A DNA stretch of 64,000 nucleotides, taken from NCBI GenBank assembly GCA_041940165.1, contig JBGTSR010000013.1:94797-158796 (forward strand), written 5' to 3'. Within the stretch, counting starts at the first letter, position 1; each line of letters starts with the position of its first letter. This stretch comes from Acidobacteriota bacterium (GTDB lineage: Bacteria > Acidobacteriota > Blastocatellia > Pyrinomonadales > Pyrinomonadaceae). Shown here one piece after another: positions 1-8,607 of the stretch. Below the pieces are notes generated by a model. The model searched no databases and had not been told where the DNA came from. It saw nothing but the letters and a program-made list of their open reading frames with translations. A program made the translations under genes and the position numbers.

Positions 1-129
1 GTTTTCTCGTCGATCAGAAAGCCGACCGCTCCGCCGTCAAGGAAGCTCGACGACGAACGGCCCGCGGAAAAACGGATGCCTTCGCTTCGAAAAGCAAAAC
101 ACAAAAAGCCGGAAGAAACGGATCAGTAA
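1..129 (+). CDS. partial CDS, 3' end only (hypothetical protein with a basic tail)
   Basis: Frame +1 is open from the window edge to TAA at 127-129 (...RKAKHKKPEETDQ*). The stop lies 1 nt before the next ATG. No motif recognised. Confidence 0.3.
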   Translation, partial: VFSSIRKPTAPPSRKLDDERPAEKRMPSLRKAKHKKPEETDQ

Positions 130-130
130 A

Positions 131-337
131 ATGCAGAACTACGTTTGGGCCCGCCCCGAAATGCTTGTTACGTTTCGGGCCGAGATCATGAATAGCATCA
201 CCCGCGAGGAACGTACGTTTCGGATCAAGGAAGTTCTCGCAAATGGCCGCGTCAAGCTTTACGATATCGACGGCGAATTTAGCGAGACGGCCTTTGAAGC
301 TCTTAATTTCCTTAGGGACAAAGCACGGCGAATTTAG
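131..337 (+). CDS. small hypothetical protein (68 aa)
   Basis: ATG-initiated ORF in an otherwise unassigned interval. Composition is protein-like. No motif recognised. Confidence 0.4.
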   Translation: MQNYVWARPEMLVTFRAEIMNSITREERTFRIKEVLANGRVKLYDIDGEFSETAFEALNFLRDKARRI

Positions 338-1110
338 AACTCATAGACCCGACCGACCTCGAGAACTTCGATCGAAACACCATCGATCGCTTCGATCTGC
401 CTAACGATCGTCTCCCTAAACATCGGCTTCAGATTTATCGCAAGCACGCGAACGTCACTCTTTTTGAGCTTCCCTAGCTCAAGCGCCAGACGGGCGGGCG
501 TAAGGTGGTCAGATACGCGGGCGAGATCTACCATCTCGTTCGGGAAAGCACACTCGACCAGGATCGCCTTCAGGTTCGGAGCCGCGTTACAAGCCTCCCA
601 AAAATCTTCGGTTTCGGCTGTGTCGCCCGTGATCCCTACGGCAGACTTGCCGTCCGATATCAAAAAACCGTTGGCCGAGACCGGATGATTTACCCCGACA
701 CTTTCAACCGCGAGGTGCTTGACCTGAAACGATCCGCCTCGCTCGAACGGTCTATACTCGACCACCTTGCCGCGATCGTTAGATAGCTCGGAAAAGCGAG
801 GGTAGATAGACCAGTTGAAAATATCGCGTTCCAGAATGTTTATCATTTCCGGAGTCGCGTGGATACGGATCGGCTCATTCAGCACGGCAAAAAGGTCGTC
901 GATGAACAGCGGCAGCCCGGCGATGTGATCCAAATGCGTGTGGGTCAGGATAACGTCACGTACTCCGTCTCGCTGAGCCTGGGTACATGACATTGCGAGG
1001 CATCCGGCATCGACCGCTACCGAGTCGTCGATGACGATCGACAGCAGGTGCTGTCGGGCCGATGCTTTGCCATCGGCGTCGATCGTACTTGGTAGCAGCT
1101 GTACTTTCAT
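334..1110 (-). CDS. MBL-fold metallo-hydrolase, class II cyclic-nucleotide phosphodiesterase-like
   Basis: HTHLDHIAG metal-binding motif (HxHxDH). Start moved to the internal ATG (MKVQLLPS...) at 1110, 7 nt downstream of the SDR stop, because the longer ORF would overlap the SDR gene. Confidence 0.75.
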   Translation of the reverse strand: MKVQLLPSTIDADGKASARQHLLSIVIDDSVAVDAGCLAMSCTQAQRDGVRDVILTHTHLDHIAGLPLFIDDLFAVLNEPIRIHATPEMINILERDIFNWSIYPRFSELSNDRGKVVEYRPFERGGSFQVKHLAVESVGVNHPVSANGFLISDGKSAVGITGDTAETEDFWEACNAAPNLKAILVECAFPNEMVDLARVSDHLTPARLALELGKLKKSDVRVLAINLKPMFRETIVRQIEAIDGVSIEVLEVGRVYEF

Positions 1111-1117
1111 CCGTTGA

Positions 1118-1879
1118 TCACCGCGCGCAGGTCTGGGCCCGACCGCCGTCGATAGCGTAGGTCGCACCGGTTATCCACGATGCCTTGTCCGAAGCAAGGT
1201 AGTAGATCAGTTCCGCGACCTCGGCCGTTGTACCCACACGGCCTATCGGATGTGTCTCCTTTGACCGTTCGAGAAATGCGTCGTACGCCTCTTCGTCCAT
1301 ACCCCCACGTTTGTGGATATTTGTGACTACGACGCCGGGATTGACCGCATTCACCCTGACACCTTTACTCGCCAGCTCGAGAGCGGCCGACCGTGTAAGC
1401 TGGTCGATAGCCGCTTTTGACACACCGTACGCGAGAACGTTCGGAAAGGCACGCGTTCCCGCGACGCTCGAGACGTTTACAATATTGCCTTTGGACTCTA
1501 TCAGATGCGGAAGACACTTTTGCGTCAGCACAAAGACCGACCGCAGGTTTATGTTTAGCATCTTATCCCACTCGTCGACCGAAGTTGTCTCGATCGACCC
1601 GCTGCGAATGATGCCCGCGGAATTGACCAGCACATCTATTTGGCCATGATTGTGAACAGTTTCAGTCGCGATACGTTCAAGCTGCGACTGCTGCGTCAAG
1701 TCAGCAAGGTGCGGTTTGATCGCTCCTACCTTCGACCGCACTTGCTTACCAAGCCCCGTGAGTTCCTTCTCGTTTCGCCCGACCGCTACAACGGTCGCCC
1801 CTTTGTTAGCAAACAAGATCGCGGCAGCTTTACCGATCCCACTGCTGGCCCCTGTAACGATCACCACCTTACCCTGCAT
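1118..1879 (-). CDS. SDR-family oxidoreductase (FabG-like)
   Basis: N-terminal TGASSGIG Rossmann motif, NSAG, and catalytic YGVSK (YxxxK). Length 253 aa is typical of classical SDRs. Confidence 0.9.
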   Translation of the reverse strand: MQGKVVIVTGASSGIGKAAAILFANKGATVVAVGRNEKELTGLGKQVRSKVGAIKPHLADLTQQSQLERIATETVHNHGQIDVLVNSAGIIRSGSIETTSVDEWDKMLNINLRSVFVLTQKCLPHLIESKGNIVNVSSVAGTRAFPNVLAYGVSKAAIDQLTRSAALELASKGVRVNAVNPGVVVTNIHKRGGMDEEAYDAFLERSKETHPIGRVGTTAEVAELIYYLASDKASWITGATYAIDGGRAQTCAR

Positions 1880-1967
1880 AAGTTATTGGATAGAAATTTC
1901 GTTAAGGATAACAGCCGTTTTCGGGCTTAGGCAACCTTAGACGGGCGGGCGTCTCTCGCGGCTCGAA

Positions 1968-1993
1968 ACAAAAAAGGCCGGGGAATCCCGGCC
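1968..1993 (-). terminator. rho-independent terminator downstream of the 2036-2251 gene
   Basis: The minus strand reads GGCCGGGATTCCCCGGCC followed by TTTTTTG. This GC-rich hairpin plus T-run sits about 40 nt after the stop. Confidence 0.6.
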
Positions 1994-2035
1994 ATCAATT
2001 GAAGAATGAATGGAGATGAGAACTATCCGAGTCGG

Positions 2036-2251
2036 TTATGATTCGCTCGGCATCGTGTTCTTTGAAAAAAGCATTTCGATCGCAGCTTTGGTCTCGCGAG
2101 TCTTTCTCAGACGAATATCCGAGACCCAGCCGGTCACATTCGCGACAATATCACGTGCAGCCGCGCGCGAAGTCGTCTTCCGCTGTTTCCTAGAAGGCTT
2201 CGTAGCAATCTCAGCCTTTTTCACGACTTTGATCTTCTTTTTGTCGAACAT
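2036..2251 (-). CDS. small basic hypothetical protein (71 aa)
   Basis: ATG ORF followed by a terminator. Lys/Arg-rich N-terminal half. No motif recognised. Confidence 0.45.
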   Translation of the reverse strand: MFDKKKIKVVKKAEIATKPSRKQRKTTSRAAARDIVANVTGWVSDIRLRKTRETKAAIEMLFSKNTMPSES

Positions 2252-2292
2252 ATTACGGACCCTCCTTGTTTAGGTATTAATGCATCTAAACC

Positions 2293-2339
2293 ATTTGCAT
2301 TTTGCAAAGGTCAGGGAGCGATTATTTGCGATTTGCAAA
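2293..2339. promoter_or_regulatory. two 16-nt direct repeats, each ending in the palindrome TTTGCAAA (candidate operator)
   Basis: ATTTGCATTTTGCAAA (2293-2308) and ATTTGCGATTTGCAAA (2324-2339), 31 bp apart, in the divergent intergenic region between the 2251(-) and 2479(+) genes. Confidence 0.35.
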
Positions 2340-2478
2340 CACTATGATTACGCGCTGAGGCCTACGGTTGTTCCAAAAATTTTGAGTTAACAAAGAATTT
2401 ACAACAACTTGCGTGAGGCCTGATCAGAATCGCTCTGTCTCGATCTACAGGGCACAGTGTTTGCCGCACTTTTTGGCA

Positions 2479-3090
2479 ATGGGCTCTTTCGATCTTCTGA
2501 TCATCTATTTGGCGATCGGTGCTCCGTTTGCGGTTTACCGCGTTACCGGCGGGCGTTGGCTCACGCCCGTGCGACTCGCGCAGGGCGCCGGCATTGGACT
2601 CTTCTTTTGGCCGTTCCTCGCCATTCGTCTGCTTATAGGTTCAGCTTCTCGCCGAGAGCGGCGAACTAAGGCCAAGCCAGACGCCCGGATCGAAAAACTA
2701 CGCTCCGATATTGAAAGACTCGCCCTAAGCGAAGCACGCCCCGAGACGCTCTTCCGATTTCGCGAGGCTTTCTATCGCCTCTCGGGGCTTAGCACGGCTA
2801 GCCGACCCCGAGCAGACAGCAGGCCGTTCGAGTTCTTCGAAATGAGCCAGCATCCGAATGCAACACTCGCGACCGTATGCCTCGCCCGTCGGAATGCGGA
2901 CAGGGTTGTTCGACATCGATCGCAGGCGTTCCTCGAGACGGCGACACTCCTGCGTGAAGGCAGCGAATCGAGCCGCGCGATCGATCTGCTGACTGCAGCG
3001 TTCCCCGGAAGCCAAGCCGTTTCGATCAGCAGAGCTTCTGTGCCGGTTCGGAATAAAGCGATAACAGAGAACGCCGTACTTCCCCGTTGA
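2479..3090 (+). CDS. hypothetical membrane protein
   Basis: Two predicted TM helices directly after the internal ATG (MGSFDLLIIYLAIGAPFAVY..., GIGLFFWPFLAIRLLIG). The start is uncertain; the longest ORF begins with GTG at 2413. Confidence 0.5.
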   Translation: MGSFDLLIIYLAIGAPFAVYRVTGGRWLTPVRLAQGAGIGLFFWPFLAIRLLIGSASRRERRTKAKPDARIEKLRSDIERLALSEARPETLFRFREAFYRLSGLSTASRPRADSRPFEFFEMSQHPNATLATVCLARRNADRVVRHRSQAFLETATLLREGSESSRAIDLLTAAFPGSQAVSISRASVPVRNKAITENAVLPR

Positions 3091-3123
3091 TTTGCCCTTA
3101 CTTGGGGCATACAATCGTAGCGA

Positions 3124-4881
3124 ATGCTGGTCGTACTACACCTGCTCGCGCTTTTTGTCCTTGTCGGGCTGGGATTCTACGTCTTCGTCAATGACCCTCG
3201 CAAACGCGCCAACCAGACTTTTGCAGCATTCATCGCGTTTCTCGCGGTTTGGACCGTTAAGGACCTGACGTTTTGGGAATTCTACCCCCGCAACGCCACC
3301 GCCGGTTGGTGGGTCTCAGCGAGTTTTGTCGTCGCCCTTCTAATGCAATACGCGCTTGTCGTCTTTGCATGGGTATTTCCGGAAAACTCGCGAACGCCTC
3401 GACGAAGAGCTGCGGTTCTATTCGCTCCCGGCCTTATATTCATTCCTGCCGCCATTTTCGAACTTCTCTGGGCAAAGGCAGGCTTTGAGTCGGGGCAATT
3501 CGTCATCGAGCTTACGCCGCTTGCCTACGCCTTTGTCGCCTACGTCTATTTCGTATTCTTCTTCGGAGGCTCGGTCCTGTACCGGAAATACAAGCTCTTC
3601 CGCGGGACTCAGCAGGGCCAACAGGTCGGAGCGATCCTTTGGGGACTCGCGATCACAGGAATCCTGCTAACCGCGGCCAACATCGTGCTCCCCTTCTTTG
3701 GGAACTACGACCTGATCCCGCTTAGTTCTATTTTCGTGCTGCCGGGCGTCTTGATCTATGCCTACGCGATATTAAATTTTAAGTTATTCTCGCTCCAAAC
3801 GGCACTTAACCAGTTCCGCCTGTTCCCGCTGACCTACAAGGTAGCGATCAGTATCGCTTCGGTTGCGATAGCCAGCTTTGTTCTATTTCAGATACCGATC
3901 GTATGGTGGGCTTTTCGAAATGGAATGGATCAGGAAGCTTGGCGGCGATATCTGGTTTTCAGCGTGATCTCGGCCTTGGTGCCGAATCTGCTGCTTCTTC
4001 TTCTCGTTCTTAGAAGCATATCCCGGCCGCTGCAGCGGATAACCCTTACGGCGGTCGAAGTTGCGAAAGGCGCTTATGGAACCGAGGTCGATCTTAAGAA
4101 GAGTAACGACGAGATCGGCCTACTCGCAGACAGTTTTAATGAGATGTCGCGCAAGATGGCCGGCGACATCGAAGAACTTCGGAGGCTCAATGAACATTTG
4201 ATCCGAACCGAGAAACTCGCCGCGATGGGCACGCTCGCCGCAGGCGTCGCCCATGAGGTCAACAATCCGCTCGCCTCGATATCGTCGCTTGTTCAAATGA
4301 TGCGTCAGGAAGAAGGCCACAGCAATGAGACACGCGAACGGCTCAGCCTGATCTCGATCCAGATCGACCGGATCCGACAGGTAACGTCGGATATGACGAA
4401 TTTCGCTCGCTCGCGGCCTGCGGCGAGAACTGAGGTCGACATCAACTCCGTAGTACGAACGGCATTGCGACTGGCGAGTTTTGATAGATCCTTTCAAGAC
4501 CTGGAGATCATTACAGATCTGGCAAGCAACCTCCCGAGCGTTGACGCCGACGAAGACCAATTGCAACAGGTGTTTCTGAATCTCTTTCTGAATGCCCGAG
4601 ATGCGATGGCCGATATATCCGGATCCACGCTGAGCGTTCGAAGCTCTTTGATCGAACGATCGATCTGTGTCGAGATCGCCGATACAGGACCTGGGATCGA
4701 TACAGCTGCGGTCGGACAGATATTTGACCCTTTTTACACTACGAAACCCGCCGGCAAAGGAACCGGACTCGGCCTTGCGGTCTGTTACGGGATCGTCACC
4801 GCCCACGGCGGCAAGATCGAAGTCGCCGGGAATCAACCAAGCGGTTCGCGATTCACTGTCTCGATCCCGGTCACTGAATGA
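3124..4881 (+). CDS. sensor histidine kinase with a polytopic N-terminal membrane domain
   Basis: Multiple N-terminal TM helices, a HAMP-like linker, H-box HEVNNPL, N-box FLNLFLNARDAM, G1 DTGPGI and G2 GTGLGL. No cognate response regulator is adjacent. Confidence 0.9.
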   Translation: MLVVLHLLALFVLVGLGFYVFVNDPRKRANQTFAAFIAFLAVWTVKDLTFWEFYPRNATAGWWVSASFVVALLMQYALVVFAWVFPENSRTPRRRAAVLFAPGLIFIPAAIFELLWAKAGFESGQFVIELTPLAYAFVAYVYFVFFFGGSVLYRKYKLFRGTQQGQQVGAILWGLAITGILLTAANIVLPFFGNYDLIPLSSIFVLPGVLIYAYAILNFKLFSLQTALNQFRLFPLTYKVAISIASVAIASFVLFQIPIVWWAFRNGMDQEAWRRYLVFSVISALVPNLLLLLLVLRSISRPLQRITLTAVEVAKGAYGTEVDLKKSNDEIGLLADSFNEMSRKMAGDIEELRRLNEHLIRTEKLAAMGTLAAGVAHEVNNPLASISSLVQMMRQEEGHSNETRERLSLISIQIDRIRQVTSDMTNFARSRPAARTEVDINSVVRTALRLASFDRSFQDLEIITDLASNLPSVDADEDQLQQVFLNLFLNARDAMADISGSTLSVRSSLIERSICVEIADTGPGIDTAAVGQIFDPFYTTKPAGKGTGLGLAVCYGIVTAHGGKIEVAGNQPSGSRFTVSIPVTE

Positions 4882-4973
4882 TCGTCGTCGCTCGCTCACG
4901 ATTGACACTCCGCCGATTTCGGTAGAACCTATTCTTACCAGCTCAATACTCGAACTCGAACAAGAGGTTTTAG

Positions 4974-6305
4974 ATGAAGCATCTGCTTACGCTCTCTTTT
5001 CTTGCGGTCTTTCTCGTCGGCGTCGCGTCGGCGCAAGAAAAGCCGATCGCATTTGTTAACGCCAAGATCATCCCGATAGTAGGTGAACCGATCGACGAAG
5101 GCGTACTTATTTTTCAAAATGGCAAGATCACCGGTGTTGGCGATGCAAGGCTTGTCCGGCTTTCGTCCGATGTGACGATCGTTGACGTCAAAGGCAAGGT
5201 CATCATGCCGGGCCTCGTTGATACGCACAGTCATATCGGCGGCCCGGCGGGAGCCGATTCGACCGCTCCGATCCAGCCTGATGTTCGCATTCTGGACAGC
5301 GTCAACGCCAGAGCGGCCAATATTCAGCGGGCGCAGGCCGGCGGTGTGACGGTCGCGAACGTAATGCCCGGTTCCGGCCATCTCGACAGCGGCCAAACGC
5401 TCTACCTGAAGCTTCGTGACGACGCTGCGAAGATCGAAGATCTGCTGATCTACGATAAAGCCGGCAAATACATGGGCGGGATCAAGTTCGCTAACGGCAC
5501 GAACCCAATCCGTTCGACCGGTGGAGCGTTTCCCGGAACTCGTGCCAAGTCGGCGGCACTCGTTCGCGAACAGTTCATCAAGGCGCAGGAATATAAAGAT
5601 AAGATCGCAAAGGCCGGCAGCGATAAGACAAAACTTCCGCCACGCGACCTCGCGATGGAAGCGCTGGTCGAAGTCCTCGAAGGCAAGCGGACGGTCCATT
5701 TTCACACGCATCGCCACGACGACATCATGACGGCATTGCGTCTCGCGAAGGAATTCGGTTTTCGTATCGTTCTCCAACACGTCAGCGAGGCGTGGAAGGT
5801 GGCGGATGAGATCGCGAAATCCGGGGCGGCCTCCTCGATAATCATGATCGACGCCCCGGGCGGCAAGCTGGAAACGGTCGACGTGGACTACCGGAACGGC
5901 GTCGCTCTCGAAAAGGCGGGTGCGGAAGTCGTCGGATTCCATACGGATGACGGCATCACCGACTCGCGGTGGTTCCTTCGCTCGGCCGGGGTCGCTGTTC
6001 GCGTAGGAATGAGTCGCGAAAAGGCGCTTTACGGAATGACAATGGCCGGGGCTCGTATGCTCGATCTTCAGGACCGTATTGGTTCGCTCGAATCGGGCAA
6101 GGATGCTGATTTCGTTGTACTTTCCGGCGATCCGCTCAGCATTTATACACAGGTCGAACAGACTTGGATCGAAGGCAAGAAAGTCTTTGACCGTTCCAAC
6201 GCCGAAGATCGTATCTACGCCGTCGGCGGCAAGGGTGCGACCGACGACGGAGACACGGCGGCGCACGATATCCATTGTTTCGACGGCGACGGAGGTAATC
6301 ACTGA
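4974..6305 (+). CDS. secreted amidohydrolase-superfamily protein (dipeptidase/imidazolonepropionase-like)
   Basis: Signal peptide, PGLVDTHSH metal-binding motif, and C-terminal GSLESGKDADFVV typical of amidohydrolases. Confidence 0.85.
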   Translation: MKHLLTLSFLAVFLVGVASAQEKPIAFVNAKIIPIVGEPIDEGVLIFQNGKITGVGDARLVRLSSDVTIVDVKGKVIMPGLVDTHSHIGGPAGADSTAPIQPDVRILDSVNARAANIQRAQAGGVTVANVMPGSGHLDSGQTLYLKLRDDAAKIEDLLIYDKAGKYMGGIKFANGTNPIRSTGGAFPGTRAKSAALVREQFIKAQEYKDKIAKAGSDKTKLPPRDLAMEALVEVLEGKRTVHFHTHRHDDIMTALRLAKEFGFRIVLQHVSEAWKVADEIAKSGAASSIIMIDAPGGKLETVDVDYRNGVALEKAGAEVVGFHTDDGITDSRWFLRSAGVAVRVGMSREKALYGMTMAGARMLDLQDRIGSLESGKDADFVVLSGDPLSIYTQVEQTWIEGKKVFDRSNAEDRIYAVGGKGATDDGDTAAHDIHCFDGDGGNH

Positions 6306-7492
6306 TGCGTTATCTATTTATCGTTATTGCTTCCATTGTTTTCTTTGTGCCGGCTGCGTTCGGACAGATCGCCGTCAAGGGCGAGACCGTCTGGACGATG
6401 ACCGGCGAGCCGATCACCAACGGCGTGGTACTTATCAAGGACGGCAAGATCGAGGCCGTTGGCTCCGAAGCTTCCGTCACGATCCCCGCAAGCTACCGCG
6501 TCTTAACCGCAAAGGTCGTCACGCCCGGCTTGATCGACGCACACACCGTCGTCGGGCTCAACGGTTATCTCAACCAGCCGCATGATCAGATGGCCCTCGA
6601 CGCGGGAGCTTCGTTCCAGCCCGAACTCCGGGCCACCGACGCATACAATGCCGAAGAGAAGCTGATCGAGGTCGTTCGGCAATACGGCGTGACCACGATC
6701 CATACGGGTCACCAGCCAGGGGCTCTCGCCTCTGGCCAGACGATGATCGCCAAGACCTGGGGCAAGAACGTTGACGAGGCGACGATCGTCCCGACGGCGA
6801 TGATCGCCGTCACGCTCGGTTCCGGGGCAAATGCAAGCGGCCGTTCGCCCGGCACTCGCGGCAAGCAGGCAGCGATGCTGCGTGCTGAACTGATCAAGGC
6901 CCAGGAGAACGAGGCCAAGACCGATAAACCGAAAGACCTCAAGTCCGTGATTATGGCCCGCGTGATCAAACGCGAGATCCCGCTGCTAGTCACTGCCGAA
7001 GCGGCTCAGGACATCGTGACCGCCATCCGGATCGCCAAGGAGTTCAACATCAAGATCGTCCTCGACGGTGTTGCCGACGGCCATCTGATCGCGAACGAGA
7101 TCAAAGCTTCGGGATTTCCGGTGATCGTCCATCCGACGATGGGCCGTCCCGGCGGGGACCGTGCCAATCTCTCACTCGAGAACGCCGCAAAGCTTCGAGA
7201 AGCCGGCATTCCGATAGCGTTGCAGAGCGGCTATGAAGGCTACGTGCCAAAGACGCGCATTCTGCTCTTCGAAGCCGGAATGGCCGCAGCAAACGGCCTC
7301 GGCCAGCGTAACGCTCTCGCCGCGATCACCATCGACGCGGCAAAGATGCTAGGTATCGACAATCGCGTCGGTTCGCTCGCCGCCGGAAAGGACGCCGACA
7401 TCGCGATGTATGACGGAGATCCATTCGAATGGACGACGCACTGCACGGGCGTGATCATCAACGGCAGAGTGGTTAGTGAGGTTACGAAATAA
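6305..7492 (+). CDS. secreted amidohydrolase-superfamily protein (divergent partner of the preceding amidohydrolase)
   Basis: Signal peptide, PGLIDAH motif, and GSLAAGKDADIAMYDGDP. Its ATG overlaps the upstream TGA by 1 nt, which suggests translational coupling. Confidence 0.85.
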   Translation: MRYLFIVIASIVFFVPAAFGQIAVKGETVWTMTGEPITNGVVLIKDGKIEAVGSEASVTIPASYRVLTAKVVTPGLIDAHTVVGLNGYLNQPHDQMALDAGASFQPELRATDAYNAEEKLIEVVRQYGVTTIHTGHQPGALASGQTMIAKTWGKNVDEATIVPTAMIAVTLGSGANASGRSPGTRGKQAAMLRAELIKAQENEAKTDKPKDLKSVIMARVIKREIPLLVTAEAAQDIVTAIRIAKEFNIKIVLDGVADGHLIANEIKASGFPVIVHPTMGRPGGDRANLSLENAAKLREAGIPIALQSGYEGYVPKTRILLFEAGMAAANGLGQRNALAAITIDAAKMLGIDNRVGSLAAGKDADIAMYDGDPFEWTTHCTGVIINGRVVSEVTK

Positions 7493-7493
7493 C

Positions 7494-8534
7494 ATGAACG
7501 AATCGACGCCCGCATCGGCTCCGCAGCCCCTTCCGCCCGACGCACATCTGATGCAGATCGGGCTCGGCTACTTCCTCTCACAGGCGACCTTTGTCGCGAC
7601 GAAGCTTCGCATTGCTGATCTGCTCGCTGAGGCTCCAAAAAGTACTTCGGATCTCGCCAACGCGGCCGGCTGCAACGAGGGTGCTTTGTACCGTATCCTT
7701 AGGGCTCTCGCAAGTGCAGGCGTCTTTACCGAGACCGAGGATAGGGTCTTTGCGAATACGCCCGCCAGTTCCCTTCTTCAAGCGGATGCTCCGCACAGCC
7801 TTCGCGAACTGATCCTCTGGATGATCGAAGAACCGCACTGGGCCGTTTATCCCAAGATGCTCGACAGCGTTCGCACCGGCGATCCTGTTTGGGAATCGGT
7901 CCACGGTGAGCGGATCTTTCCGTACCTTTTCCGCACGAATACGGAACTCGGCGACACGTTCAATCGCGCGATGACGAGCTTTTCGCGGGTCACGATCCCT
8001 GCGATCCTTGACGCCTACGACTTTAGCCCGGCCAAAACGATCGCTGACATCGCCGGAGGCTACGGACATCTGCTCGCTGCCGTGCTTCAAAAATACCCGG
8101 ACGCGAACGGAATTCTGTTCGACGTTCGCGAGGTGATCGCCGGAGCACCCGCGATGATGGAAAGCCAGGGCGTTGCAGAACGTGTCAGCCTGGTCGAGGG
8201 CGATTTCCTCGGCTCGATCCCGGTCGAGGCTGACGTCTACATGCTCAAGCACATCATTCACGACTGGTACGACGATACGAATAGCAAGATACTCGGCAAT
8301 ATCCGGGCGGCAATGCCGGATCACGCGAAGGTGCTCGTGATCGACGCCGTCGTACCGCCGGGCAATGTGCCGCACTTTTCCAAGATCCTCGACCTCGAAA
8401 TGCTCGTCGCTCCGGGCGGTATGGAACGCACGGCCGCGGAATTCGAGTCGCTCCTGACCGATTCCGGATTCCGAATGACTCGGATCATTCCGACTCCATC
8501 GCCGGTCAGCATCGTCGAGGCCGAAAAAGCATAA
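7494..8534 (+). CDS. class I SAM-dependent O-methyltransferase (COMT/ASMT-like, with dimerisation domain)
   Basis: N-terminal winged-helix dimerisation region and SAM-binding DIAGGYGH. The start is set at ATG 7494, 2 nt after the upstream stop. Confidence 0.85.
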   Translation: MNESTPASAPQPLPPDAHLMQIGLGYFLSQATFVATKLRIADLLAEAPKSTSDLANAAGCNEGALYRILRALASAGVFTETEDRVFANTPASSLLQADAPHSLRELILWMIEEPHWAVYPKMLDSVRTGDPVWESVHGERIFPYLFRTNTELGDTFNRAMTSFSRVTIPAILDAYDFSPAKTIADIAGGYGHLLAAVLQKYPDANGILFDVREVIAGAPAMMESQGVAERVSLVEGDFLGSIPVEADVYMLKHIIHDWYDDTNSKILGNIRAAMPDHAKVLVIDAVVPPGNVPHFSKILDLEMLVAPGGMERTAAEFESLLTDSGFRMTRIIPTPSPVSIVEAEKA

Positions 8535-8607
8535 CGAAGATCGGCGATCAAGCATCATAATTTTTGTGCTAATCTTGACCTGCAATTTAGGTTGAGACCA
8601 GCACGTT

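Noticed and set aside
4935-6302. Long antisense ORFs opposite confidently assigned genes. Examples: 4935-6302(-), 4120-4908(-), 7578-8585(-), 11285-12274(+), 31335-32438(-), 44556-46025(+), 53511-54398(-), 38674-39330(-).
   Set aside because: They mirror genes that have strong catalytic motifs. Their translations are Arg/Ala/Gly-rich with no motifs, as expected for open antisense frames in GC-rich DNA.
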